Source: Octopus vulgaris | Lineage: Eukaryota | DNA: 64,000 nt | Reading direction: 5' to 3' | Assembly: GCA_951406725.2 (NCBI GenBank) | Contig: OX597821.1 | Location: forward strand, 9,982,001 to 10,046,000 | In this document: one piece after another, positions 51,520 to 64,000 of the stretch | Layout: each line of letters starts with the position of its first letter | Position numbering within the stretch: the first letter of the stretch is position 1 | Program-made: the position numbers and the translations under genes | Notes under the pieces: model-generated | Seen by the model: only the letters and a program-made list of their open reading frames with translations | What the model was told of the DNA's origin: nothing | Databases searched by the model: none

Positions 51520-52545
51520 TCTTGGCAGTGTGGTCTTTTCAACATAGCCCACCCACTACTCTAAAGGTCCACAAACTTCTTCCGACGATATTGCAGAGGT
51601 TGGGTCCCTTTGGACAAGGAGCATCTATCTTGTTCTTTAAAAAATCATGAAGTCATCAACAGCATGACTCATCAACTAGTTAGAGGAAGCACAACAGCTA
51701 TTGAAACGAAGAAATGGTGTGATGGAGCATGGTCCTGAGGAGATATGATCTCTTTCGTAATTTTCCCTAGTCGTTGGGCTTGCTAGTCTTTTGTAACTGT
51801 CTCAGAAAACTGGCCAATAACTGCCCTTTAGTATTGTAGCCATTTAAAATATGGTCAATGAACACAATGCCGTTTGTCTCCTACAAAGATGAGTTCATCA
51901 CCTTCCTAGCAGATGAAACGATCTTGGCTTTCTTCGGGTCATGGATTATATCTCTGGCTCTGGCTAAAAGAGTTTAACCTCACACTTATCCTTAGTTAAG
52001 GAAACATTCAAGGAAATCATGTGTATCTGTCTGAAACAGTGTGAAAATTTCCCATGATATGATCAGCTTGGTGCGGTTTTGATCAAGTGTTATACCACGG
52101 GGCATCGACCGAACCGAAACTTCAGCATGCTAAGGTCATTGTGGAGAATATTCTAAAATCTATCATAAGGATTTGCTAATTACATTGGCTTTTCATTTAT
52201 AGTCAGTTTCCTGTCATTCATCAAGACGTGGTGAGCAGGATCAATGTTCTCCTTGTTTGTAGCTGTTGAATGCCAAACAGATAACGTTGAAGTCTCTCCC
52301 TACTCCTAAAATCAGCAACCAACTTTTGCACTGTAGATATATCCGGGTGTCATCCTCTAATGTAACAGTTATATCAGCCTCTATAGCTTTCGAGGTTAAA
52401 CCATTTTACTGCAGGAATTATCAAATACCATCATGCCACATTTTTTTAGATGAATCACTACTTGTTACATTGGAAATGTTGTTTAAGCAATCACAAGCCC
52501 GTTTACCTGGAAAGAAACAAGGCTGTACGGAAGACGGAAATTAAT
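51520..52545 (-). mobile_element. degraded mariner-like transposase remnants
   Basis: RRKKFVDL near 51560-51600 resembles the mariner C-terminus; LPYSL near 52520 resembles PPYSPDL. Confidence 0.35.
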
Positions 52546-52561
52546 TTCTATGAATTTGGAA

Positions 52562-52618
<57 letters not shown>

Positions 52619-52925
52619 TGTATGTTTATATACATGTGGGTGTATTTAGGCGTTTGCAATTACATTAGAAATTCCATTGTGAAACACTCTTAATGGCTTA
52701 TATTCTATCAATTCACATACGATCGAATAGTGATACACAGCTTAAACACACTTCAACTATCTATCATCTCTCTGTCTATATATATATTATATATATATAG
52801 ATAGTAGTGTACATTTAAACACAAGAGGAAGCTACCTTTAACAGAAGGAGCAGTCAATACGACCAAAACCACATATTTAAGAGCAATTTTCGAAGGGAAG
52901 AAAAAAAATTACCTTGTTATTTTTT

Positions 52926-53303
52926 GCGGTTATAACTAGGTTTCAAACTTCTTTAGCAAATAAAATAATTTGCTAGGCGAATTCTCATCTGCAACCGTGC
53001 CTTAACAACTAACATAATTCAAAGACAAATAACACGTGTCTCATCATTATATGTTGTAATTTTCCAGAATTCACCGCGCAAGCGCAATTTCAGTCAGCTG
53101 TGGATAGATGATGCCGAGCTGATCATCGAAAATACTAAGATCACATTCGAATATATATATATTCATTGCCGACTGAAACTGCGTTTGCGCGGTGAATTTT
53201 GAAAAATTACAACATATAATGATGAGATACGTGTTATTTGTCTCTGGATTATATGTTAGTTATTAAGGCACGGTTACTGATGAGAATTCGCCTAGCAAAT
53301 TAT
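52926..53303. repeat. long hairpin (~135-bp arms) ending in a hammerhead motif; probable pLTR of the Penelope copy at 54678-55600
   Basis: 52965-53098 is reverse-complementary to 53168-53303; - strand CGGTTG-CAGATGA-..-GAAA-CCTAGTTA-TAACCG, + arm retains CGGTTA-CTGATGA. Confidence 0.8.
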
Positions 53304-53330
53304 GCTGGAATATTGTATCTCCAGTTCCAT

Positions 53331-53532
53331 TCTCTTTACTCTCTTTTACTTGTTTCAGTTATTTGACTGCGGCCATGCTGGAGTGCCGCCTTTAGTCGAG
53401 CAAATCGACCCCGGCACTTATTCTTTGTAAGCCCAGTACTTATTCTATCGGTCTCTTTTGCCGAACCGCAAAGTGACGAGGACATAAACACACCAGCATC
53501 AGTTGTCAAGCAATGCTAGGGGAACAAACACA

Positions 53533-53576
<44 letters not shown>

Positions 53577-53746
53577 CATATATACGACAGGCTTCTTTCA
53601 GTTTCCGTCTACCAAATCCACTCACAAGGCATTGGTCGGCCCAAGGCTATAGCAGAAGACACTTGCCCAAGATGCCACGCAGTGGAACTGAATCCGGAAC
53701 CATGTGGTTGGTTAGCAAGCTACTTACCACACAGCCACTCCTGCGC
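53331..53746 (-). mobile_element. tRNA-derived SINE family A, full length
   Basis: Near-identical to 101-529 and 5227-5597. Confidence 0.9.
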
Positions 53747-54677
53747 ATAGGCAGAACGGTATACATATAAGGTTCCTGTACTTCACAATTAAGTTCCAAT
53801 AGTATTTAAAATTGGTCATTCCAAGCACAGAGTTTGTAAACGGTGTCATTGAATCGAGTTTTTTTTTAAAGTGACTTAAAAGTTGGGAATGTGTTTGTAA
53901 GGACACATTACAATTAAGAAGAGAGAAAAAAGAAAAAGAGAAAAAAAAAAGGTGGGGAGAGAGGTAATAGAGTAATGAAGAGAGATAACGTGTACTGGTT
54001 AGTGGTCAATCAGGATAAATTGATAGAAGGAATATGGAGCTGAGGGTGATATAGAGAGAAAGATATGAGGGTGTAAAGAGTAAAGGAGAGTCAGGTCGAG
54101 GGAATGTGGGGTGAGGGTAATACAGAGAGAAAGATATGAGAGTGTAAAAAGATGAGAGGGTGAATAGTAAAGGAGTGTCATGTATGTAGTGATAGAGCCT
54201 AAGTGAAGAGCAGAGAGGGGGATGTAGGGGTAGTAAAATGGTGGAATGAAGAATTTGGGAATATAGGTTAGGTTACTTAGAGGACCGGTCAGTCCTTAGC
54301 AGTACAAGAATATATACGTGATGAAGTATACACATGCATATATTAAATATGTATATAGATATTTATACACATCAACACATACAAATACAACACGTAATCG
54401 CATGAATAGATACATAGGAACACCAATATACACGTGTATCCGTATGTATTAACACCCGTGCACACGCAGGTATATATAGCTTGCATACAGACATATGCAC
54501 ACACATACACACGCATACGTACACACACATACGTACACACGCATATACATACAAATACAATTAAATGGTCGTGATATTCAGTTATGAATGAGGAATTAGA
54601 TAAGGATTAGGAGTTAATATGGAGATTTATAAGGTTGTTGGGATTACCTTAGGTGTATTGTGGAAATAAACTGTAAT

Positions 54678-55600
54678 TTAGGCATTTAGATTTGTGGTAG
54701 GATTTGAATGTGTGAATAAACGGTGACTGTACGTGCTTAGTGCCGCATTATGTTTATTTATCAGTGTTGGAGAGTTGTGCTTTAATATTGTAAGCGCCCC
54801 CGTCAGGCAAAGCCCGCAGGTTGGGCGTTGACCTCGGTAGGGAAGTCCTGAGTCCAGTATGGACCACGTTAAATTATAGGGTATATTTTTATTTTTGAGA
54901 TGATGTATGTGGTTGGCAAGTGTTGCAGATTTACTATGTTTGTTGCATCTAAAAGAATGTAGGTGAGCGGCATATCGTTGCTTAAATTTTTTGGTTGATT
55001 CTATGTATATGGCTGGAGAGTTGTGTAATAGATTAAGAACATTGCATTTGTAAATTATATTATATATTCCGCAATGGGTTTGTAACAGGCAGATGATTCC
55101 AGGACGGTAATTACAATTAGGTGAATTTTGGGGATTGTGTGCAGAGATGGAGGAGGTAATATTGTCACAGGAAAGGTTAGAGAAGGGGGTAAAAAAATTT
55201 AGATTATTAGTATTGTTAACGTTATCATTACCATCATTGTTACTATTACTTATGTTGTTATTAATTGTACTATTTGTAAGTGTGGTAGAGATTGTGGTGG
55301 TGTTCCGGGCAGTGTCAGTAGCAGGCGTTTGGTTTTTGTTGTGGTCTAATTTAAATGTATCTATGCTGGAGCTGTGTGTATTTTGAGTGTTCGTATGGCT
55401 AGAGTTGTAATTATGTGAGTTTTCATAGCAAAGAGAAAGCTTTTGCTTATTAGAGGCTACTACAATAGATTCGAAATTGGGTGGGGTACAATAGGATAGT
55501 TTCAGGGTCGATCTATTAAAGATAGAATGATATTTATGTTGCCCATGGAAGTTAGAGTCTAGTAATTTAAAGAAGGATTTAGCTAAGTTCTTAACGTTAT
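54678..55600 (-). pseudogene. Penelope-like element 3' ORF fragment (RT thumb, linker, GIY-YIG endonuclease; Nematis-like)
   Basis: HKYHSIFNRSTLKLSYC (thumb), CNYRPGIICLLQTHC linker, IIYKC..IYIESTKKFKQRYAAHLHSF..LANHIHHLK..WSIL..CGLCLT..LINK; 5'-truncated at (TA)n. Confidence 0.85.
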
Positions 55601-55603
55601 GTA

Positions 55604-55654
<51 letters not shown>

Positions 55655-55676
55655 GTATGTATATGTATACGTATGA

Positions 55677-55707
<31 letters not shown>

Positions 55708-56269
55708 GGAAACATATGATTACTATTTTGGTGGGTTCGATTATGTATCGGGAAATATCGGGAACTTCTCATTTACATGAGAAGATATAGCTGTCATGGT
55801 GGAAATTGTAAATAAATTCTCCGCGAAGAGCTTTTAATTAAATCGAAGTGAGATAGTGAATTGTCTGGATATATTGTCTCAAAATATGTTGGAAGACCAT
55901 CAGGTCTGGCATGCCTACAAAATAGGTTTCCTCGATCTGGTTTGACGTGATTTTAACAATGAAGAAAATCAGCTTCTCATCACGGAAATAGATATTGATT
56001 TTCAGTCAATCGATATACACCAGTGAGATCATACTGCGTCATCATGTAATTAACAAAGCCAAAGACTAGCTATCATCTTCTCTGGGATAAAAATATTTAA
56101 ATCATAGCAGTTTTTAATTAGTATCCATGTTCAAGAGAATCATGATGTTTGATTTCATTAATAACGCGTGAAATAAAAGTATCGAAACAGCCGTTAGAAA
56201 TTGTTAAATTACAGAGCAAAAGAAAGAACTTCAAGAAGATGACGAGATATCAATAGATATACAGCTACA

Positions 56270-56825
56270 TATACTTAGATATGTTCCGACCAAGATTGGT
56301 CCACACGGTGTCTAACTTAAGAGCCTGACAGGATTAGCTAAATCCGTTTTAAGTCAAGTATTGTGCTATCATGGTCCAGTCGTATAGGGAGTCCTTGTTG
56401 AGAGAGTTTTATCCAGATGTACGTGGCTTATCAGGTATTCTTGAAGAAATTTGTCCAGATTCCGTTTAAATGTAATGGGATCGTTTTCCTCTGTGATCTT
56501 TTTCGGGACAGTGTTAAATTGGACAGGGCCTTTTGAGGAAAAGAAATTGTGTTGCAGTGTACTTATGTGTTGTGATTCTGAATATGGCAGGGGATGTATG
56601 ACCCATGGTCCTATACTTGGATGAAGCTTGAAGCTCATGTTGAGGCCGTTTGGACAATGCTCGTAGTATATTCTGCTTGTCGAGCAAATGAAGTATCGCT
56701 CACAGTGTCGCGAGAGAGAATAGAATTCCAATGCTTTAAGGTGGTCACGTTTGATCATGATCATTCATACCCTTAATTCTGTTGGTGAATGACATCTTGG
56801 ATGATTCAATTTTCGAAATGTTTTG
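56270..56825 (-). mobile_element. 3' end of CR1-like LINE
   Basis: LKALEFYSLSRHCERY..LQHNFFSSKGP..FKRNLDKFL; same family and same 3' terminus as 27115-27781. Confidence 0.9.
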
Positions 56826-57380
56826 CTATATATATATATGTGTGTGTGTGAGTATGTGTCTGTGTGTGTGTGTGTGTATGCGTGTGTGCAGCGTGGTGTG
56901 TGTATGTATACATCTTCTTACTTATTCAGGATCACAACACACAAATACACTTTAATAAAATTTCATCTATTCAACAGGCGCTACACTATCCAATAAATGA
57001 TTTTACCATGCCACCGAGACGTATAAAGACGCACCTGACCGCCTTATCCCTCCCATAGTCTCTACCATAGAGGAACGAGCCAAAATTCTGAGACCATTCT
57101 ATTGATGCTCCCTTGTCACGAATGAGGTCACTCAATGACAACTCCGTCTCGCACCCGACAGGTATACTATCAGCTTAGATATTGTCTTCGTCGACACAGT
57201 CAAACTGATTGCGAAATAGTCACCACCTCGGGCGTACAATGTCTTGGACATACTACCTCTGACATCCACCAGCTATTTTCAGTTATAGATACCAACACAA
57301 ACTCTAGTTTACTCCGCAACACACGTAGAAACTGATCAGGGCTGCCTATATATTTCAGCGTCTCAGGTTTGTTCACGATT

Positions 57381-57930
57381 ATTAGGTTGTCAAATATGAA
57401 ATTTGTAGAAAAGAAAAAAAGTTGGCTAATACTTTCTAAATACTAGGAATAGTTTTATTCATCAATACCCATATTATCAATACACTTTTGCCATTTCAGT
57501 GGTAGCTTGTCGAGTCAGAACTGTAAAGGCCTGGTAATCTAGAGTCAATAAAATCTTGAAAGGCCGGTTTTACAGCATCGTCGGAATTAATTTTTTTCCT
57601 ATTAAAATATTATTCATTTTGACAGAAAAAGTGTTAGTCAGTGTGTGCAAGATCAGATGAGCATGGTGGATGATGGAGAACATCCCACTCTAAATCCTGT
57701 AGTTTCACCAATGTCATTTTTGCGATATGTGCTCTGGCGTTGCAATAAAACAGGAGTGAATTTGTTGACCAATCTAGGCTGATATTTTTGTGAAGTTTCT
57801 GCATCATTTGGTCTTTTTGTACTGTGTTTTGGTGGCTCGTCTTTGTCCATCCAAGGTGCTGAACGTGTAAGGTTGTTATATCGGATACATTTCTCCTCAC
57901 GTATTACAATTGAATGCAAAAATGATTAAT
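57381..57930 (-). mobile_element. mariner transposon 3' remnant
   Basis: NARAH..LQDLEWDVLHHPPCSSDLAHTD (cf. DNARPH..PPYSPDLAPSD); TIR-like TATTAGGTTGTC end. Confidence 0.8.
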
Positions 57931-57947
57931 TTTTGTGACAAGAGGGT

Positions 57948-58103
57948 TGAGTGGCTGAGTTGTAAGTAGTTGCTTACCAACCACATGGTTTCAGGTTCAG
58001 TCCCTCTGCGTGGCTTCTTGGGCAGGTGTGTTCTACTATAGCCTCGGGTCAACCAAAGCCTTGTGGGTGGATTTGGTAGACGGAAGCAGAAAGAAACCTG
58101 TCG

Positions 58104-58165
<62 letters not shown>

Positions 58166-58366
58166 ACAGGATTATATATATATATAAGTAAAAGTAACAA
58201 ACTGAAACAAGCCCGTCGTATATAAGTATATATATGTATGTATGTGTGTGTATATGTTTGTGCGTCTGTGTTTTGTCCCCCCACCATCGCTTGACATCCG
58301 ATGCTGGTGTGTTTAGGTCCCCGTCACTTAGTGGTTCGGCAAAAGAGACTGATAGAATAAGTACTG
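57948..58366 (+). mobile_element. SINE family A with rearranged microsatellite middle
   Basis: GAGTGGCT..GGTTCAGTCCC..ACCAAAGCCTTGTG; the GAAAC..GTCGTATA segment is duplicated around (TA)n. Confidence 0.85.
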
Positions 58367-58539
58367 TATATCATGCAACAAAATGCATATACCTTGCTAT
58401 AAATTTCATACTTCACGACCTAGTACTTACTTAGAACTTCACTATCTTACTATAGATTGTCACTATCTGCAGAAAATGCGCCTTCTTCAACCAGGCGTGT
58501 GCACGATATCCTCAAGCTCACGCCATTTTATAAGGATGC

Positions 58540-58680
58540 CTCCAAAATAAAGAAACATTGAATAACATGGACCAACACATCAACTTCACCCACGAACGGT
58601 GATGGTTCCCTCTCCTTGGTTGACATTTGGATAAGCATCACAAGTGAGGGTAAAAGTGACACAGTTTTACCGAAAGACAG
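58540..58680 (+). pseudogene. Penelope-like RT C-terminal fragment
   Basis: LNNMDQHINFTHE / DGSLSLVDIWI resembles the PLE RT motif LNxxxxxIxFTxE..LPFLD. Confidence 0.55.
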
Positions 58681-59123
58681 GTTACTGCGATCTCTTTGCC
58701 CATTACAGGGATGCCATTTCCCCGCTACTACCATGATACCACTACCAGCTTCGTCATCTATACCAAGGTACACAACAATCACGTCTACCATTACCACCAC
58801 TGAATTCATCGCTTAGACTGCCGCATTCACCATCACTAATTCTACAAACTTAAAGCCTACAGCCAATCTTCCTCGTCTACAATCTAATACCTACGGTATC
58901 AGCTACAATAGCATTTGTAAATCTGATGAGGCTAGCATCAACAACGGACTATGTAAAACGGCAGGATGTATGTAAATACACAATTCTTTAACTGCTTTCA
59001 TTTTAAGAGAGTATTTTGCACCCAAAATATAAAGGCTTAAAAAATCTTTACATTTCTACCTCCTTAACAGCTTTCCTTACTTCTGATTTCGTTTAATTTT
59101 TTCAAGGATATACATATATTCAT

Positions 59124-59523
59124 AGGCGCAGGAGTGGCTATGTGGTAAGTAGCTTGCCTACCAACCACTTGGTTCCGGGTTCAGTCCCACTGCGTGGCAT
59201 CTTGGACAAGTGTCTTCTACTATAGCCTCGGGCCGACCAAAGCCTTGTGAGTGGATTTAGTAGACGGAAACTGAAAGAAGTCCGTCGTATATATGTATAT
59301 ATATATGTGTGTGTTTGTGTGTCTGTGTCTGTCCTCCTAGCATTGCTTGACAACCGATGCTGGTGTAATTATCTCCCCGTTACTTAGCGGTTCGGCAAAA
59401 AAGACCGATAGAATAAGTATTGAGCTTACAAAAGAATAAGTTCCGGGGTCGAGTTGCTCGATTAAAGGCGGTGCTCCATCATAGCCACAGTCAAATGACT
59501 GAAACAAGTAAAAGAGTAAAAGA
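59124..59523 (+). mobile_element. tRNA-derived SINE family A, full length
   Basis: Same head, body and tail as 11364-11784. Confidence 0.9.
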
Positions 59524-59698
59524 GAGAGAGAGAGAGAGATAGTATATATATACATATTCACACAAGTATATACAATATACATACACATACATACATGCAG
59601 ACATAAATTGATACATACATATATATATACATACATATATATATGTACAAGTTACAGACATATATTCTTGAACATATACTTATGTAGTATGTACTTAT

Positions 59699-59748
<50 letters not shown>

Positions 59749-62049
59749 TGTATGCATGTATGTGTGAGTGGGCATGCGTATGTGTCTGTGTTTGTGTGTA
59801 TGTGCAATATAATGCATGTTCATCCATAATTGTGTATTAAAGTTTCCTGCAGGGGTGACTTGAGAAAAAAATTGCATCGATTGACGGATGCTCTGTCATG
59901 ATATCCAGACAGATACTGCCCTGAGCTAAAGTACTTGGAATTTATATTTTATCTGAAATACGATCTTCTAAGTAGAATTTTTCGAGTCAGTCTAGCGCAA
60001 ATAATGATTGTTTACATAGATACAAGGTCACACAAGTATTGATTTATGGCAAAGTGGTAAATTGATTAATTTCGCTGCCAATACAGTCCCAAATCATTTA
60101 GTATGGCATTGATCTTCTAATAATGAACTGAAAATAACGTATGTTCTTAATGTGTAGATGCAATAAATCTAAACTGGGGATATACTATATCCTTTGGCTC
60201 TTGTACCATCTACACGAATGATTACGGGCTTTAACATAGACATTTTTCTTGAGCGTTCAGGAACCATATTCAGAAGAACTACATTGGTCATAGACACTGA
60301 CTTCCTCTATTTCAGAACCGCTGAAAACTTAAAAAAAGACGTAGACAAAATAATTTCCTTGGACAAAACAATAAATGTTTTTGTTATAGGGTTTCATTGA
60401 ATTATATTTATTCTTTACAGTATTCACATTCGTAGATAATTTTATAAAAGCCTACTCCTTATGAAACCAACTCATTTAAAAAAATACATAATTAAAAAGA
60501 ATTCAAATTCATTCTCGATATTGTTCACTTCATACTCCCTAATTATTTCCATTCACTGCGTAGAAACTTTTGAGTTATGGAGTAAAAAAAATATTCCAGT
60601 GTTATATTTTTCTTATATTTATTCTAACATTTCCATTATTTACAGCGGGTGAAATTTTCGGAAATACATATATTTACTCATTTTTATTTCATACGTTGGT
60701 CACTGTATCGTGTTCTGCCTGCCTGCCTGCTAAGTTTTTTCTCCGTCTCCCTCCAAATTTTTTTGTATTTTTAAAGCTATATACTTATCTAGTGAACTAC
60801 ATATTTATCGATCAATCAAGTTATGACTTTGCGTAATTTCTCTAACATAGCTGGACAATTTCAAATATTTCAAACAAAAACCGACTAAAAGAAATTTATT
60901 AAATGTAGTATGCTTCCTCTTTCGTTACGATTTCCAATTCCTATTGTGTTTTTAATTTTTCTTTCCTCAAAATTCTCTGTTACAGCTTTTACGACTTAGT
61001 TAAGGCACAATCTCTCTTACAAATTTCCCTAAACATAAAATCACAATTTAAATATTTGTGATTTCAATGAAATATCGAAAAAGGTTATAAAATAAATATA
61101 TTGAGCGTGATAGAAATTATATTAATTGATCTTCACATCATTACTTGAAATCTGAATAGAAATAAACCTTCAGCGAGATTCCCTTAAAATGATAATTGTG
61201 ATCCATTTACAAAGAATATTGCGAGTCTTAGAATTTGAATTAACAATTACAGCTTTGTGTTTCCTACTAAGAATAGTTTTATTATCATTTAAATATTTCG
61301 CAGCAGTAATTGCATTGTTAATAAGAGTGGTGAATATCTTAATACATTTAAAGTTAACACAAAATGTTCAAGGTAAAATTTAATTACATATCTTCACTCA
61401 ATTACTGCGTTTATATTTTAATAATGACTCAGGCACAAAGAGTAAACGACTAAAATATAAAATGAAATGTGTAACATATTTGTCTAAGAATTCTATATTG
61501 TAAACTCTGAAGCGAATTTAAATAATATTCAAAGTTAATTTTCGTAACCTTAAAATATTCACAGAAATTTATTTTCTGCAAGATATGAAATTAATTTCTT
61601 TCCTCCTTATTTTCACTTATACATACATTCGTAGTTACATGCGTAAATCTATGTGTATGTGTGTATGCACATATGTATATAATGAAATAAAAATACAGGA
61701 AAAAGCATTCGAAAAATAAAAAGAGAAACAAAAAGAGAAACAAACGCGAGGCCTAGGACAAGCAAAGTACTAATATGAAGCTAGGAGAAAGAAAATAGTA
61801 GATGCTTTAGGTTTCAAGCACAGATCTTCTTCGGAAACAAGAAAAACAGTAAAGCCCAAGGGGAAGAAAGAAGTAAGAAAAAATTCGCCACGAGTCCAGT
61901 ATGGTTACACTTTTGAAGTGACCAGAAGTAGAAGGACTTTATGGAATTTACAATTAACTGCACCAGGGTTCCTCTTCCACAGGGAACCAGACCTAATGGT
62001 ATACCTGCGGATGTAGATCCAGCCCCTGCTTTGCCGGGTCCTGTCTCTG

Positions 62050-64000
62050 ATCACGTTGCACCTCCAAGGGCATCCATTCACGGTGATGCCCTCAATCTTA
62101 ATTATGTGTGTATAGCTCACATAATTCGTCTGTGGCAGACGAGATTGAGAATTTTTATGCAACCCTTCGTTCAACTATTGAGCAAGTACCTCTTCATAAT
62201 TTTCTAGTTATAGCTGGTGATCTGAATGCTAGACTAGGACCCGATGAGACCAAGTTTACTTTCAACTCTAAAACTAATCGGAACGGAGAAATGCTCAAAG
62301 ACTTGTGGGAGGAATTTAATCTCTACACTTCCAACAATTCTTATGAAACCAAAAGGTCAACTTTGGACATTTGAGTCCTCACTTGATGATAGGGCACAAA
62401 TTGACAACCTCATCTTTCGAAAGAAATGACGCAATAGTGTTAAAGACTCGAGATCCTACTCTTCCTTTAGTTCTGTCGGCTCTGACCACAGAATTGTATC
62501 AGCTACCGTTAAGCTTAGTCTTCGCTCATCCAAAAAAGCTAAGCTTCACCCGATGAAAATGATCCACTGGGAGGAAGTCTTATCTAACCCCGATTTGTCC
62601 AAACAATTTACTATCGAGGTCTATAACACATTTCAATCTCTGTCTACTTCTGAAATAGATGCTGAGAACATTGAAGGAGTATACATCAGCCTCATCAAAT
62701 CAACAGAGGAAGTTGCACTGGCTACTCTTCCCAAAAGGAAGAGTAGGGGCCAGAGCAAACCTTCTAATTCCCCAAATGTCATCGAAGCCAGAAACCATCT
62801 AAAGTCTATATCACTAGCTTACCACCTTTCTCCATCCCAGTCACTGAAGATCCAACTCATAGCTGCCAAGAAGAATCTTGATGAGGCTTACTTGAACGCC
62901 GAGGTCGACTTTATCAATGACAAAATTAGTAAACTATCCAAAGTACACATTAGTAAAAAACACCATCTCGCCTGGAAATCCATCAAAGACCTATCAGGCG
63001 AAAATTCTGGGTCATCAATTAGAATTAAAGGGGGATCAGCTAAGAAGCGTTTAGAAAATTGGTCAACCCATTTTAAAAACCTCCCTGGGAAGAATGCCAA
63101 AATCCCTGATAACCCCACTCTTCCAAGTGTGCCAATATCAGACACGCTGGACATCAACACCTCCCCTTTTACCATATTTGAACTAACAGCAGCCACCAAG
63201 CAACTAAAAGCCTCGAAAGCATTTGGTCCCGACAACATCCCAGCTATAATTTGGAAGGATGATAGATTTCACACACTTTTGCTCAACCTCTGCAACCACA
63301 CTTTCCATCTTTGTCGCTCCCAAGATTTGGCACCAATCTCAAATCATTCCAATACCAAAAAAAGGCCATTTATCCCTCGTCACCAACTACAGGGGTATAT
63401 CTCTAATGTCAATTGCTGCAAAACGGTACAACAAACTGATCCTAAATCGTCTTGTCCTTTTTGTTGAACCTTTGCTCCGAAAGAACCAAAATGGATTCAG
63501 ACATGGGCGCTCAACGCTGAGCCAGATACTATGCCTACGCAGACTTATTGAAGACACAAAAGCATTTAATCGCGATCTTGCAATGGTATTTGTAGACTTT
63601 TCTAAAGCGTTCGATTCTGTAGATAGGTACAAGATGTTTGAAATCCTTAAGCTCTATGGGATACCAGACAAAATCATTTCTGCCATCAAGGTCCTCTACA
63701 CAGATACGTCTTCAACCATCTTAACCCCTGACGGAGAAACATCATCTTTCTCAATCAAAGCCGGAATACTGCAGGGAGACACACTCGCCCCATTTCTTTT
63801 CATCATTGTTGTTGATTATGTGCTACGTATGTCAGTTGATACCAACTCTGGCAAGGGTTTTGAAATAAAACCAAGAAGAAGTTCCAGACACCCAGCTGAG
63901 TACTTGACAGACACTGACTTTGCTGACGACATCGCTCTTATCAGTGATTCTCTCTCCAATGCCCAGTCTCTTTTACAATCTCTTGAACAAGCCTCAAATT
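62050..64000 (+). mobile_element. RTE-group LINE, APE-RT ORF with frameshifts; continues past the window end
   Basis: ENFYATL..IAGDLNARLG, QIDNL, SDHRIV (APE); KAFGPDNIP, NYRGISL, QNGFR, FVDFSKAFDSV, GILQGDTLAPFLF, FADD (RT). Confidence 0.93.

Noticed and set aside
55770-56260. piggyBac-like C-terminal remnant
   Set aside because: Only a vague resemblance; no motif could be read in frame.
60194-60400. 68-aa ORF or - strand exon with acceptor near 60320
   Set aside because: All - strand frames close quickly, and the + frame has no homology or convincing splice sites.

Overview
AT-rich, microsatellite-dense eukaryotic genomic DNA. The repeat repertoire ((TA)n/(TG)n/(AAT)n tracts, tRNA-derived SINEs, CR1-, RTE- and Tx1-like LINEs, Penelope-like elements, Tc1/mariner, Helitron remnants) looks like a cephalopod (Octopus-like) genome; this is an inference. 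Almost all ORFs in the supplied track are microsatellite or repeat artefacts, and no host gene can be called confidently (only a few splice-site-bounded exon candidates and an RFX X-box). Two things stand out. (1) A ~2.25 kb composite element (46011-48260) in which an intact 460-aa Tx1/L1-type ORF1 (CCHC knuckle, no ORF2) is followed by a poly(A) signal and a type I hammerhead ribozyme with an intact core, the cassette bracketed by ~125-bp structured inverted repeats plus a 58-bp direct repeat. (2) At least seven further hammerhead-like motifs from different sequence families, most with short palindromic stem III, found downstream of Penelope GIY-YIG remnants, inside long head-to-head hairpins, or as the tail of a tRNA-headed (AAT)n SINE. 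All folds and alignments were done by eye; element boundaries are approximate.
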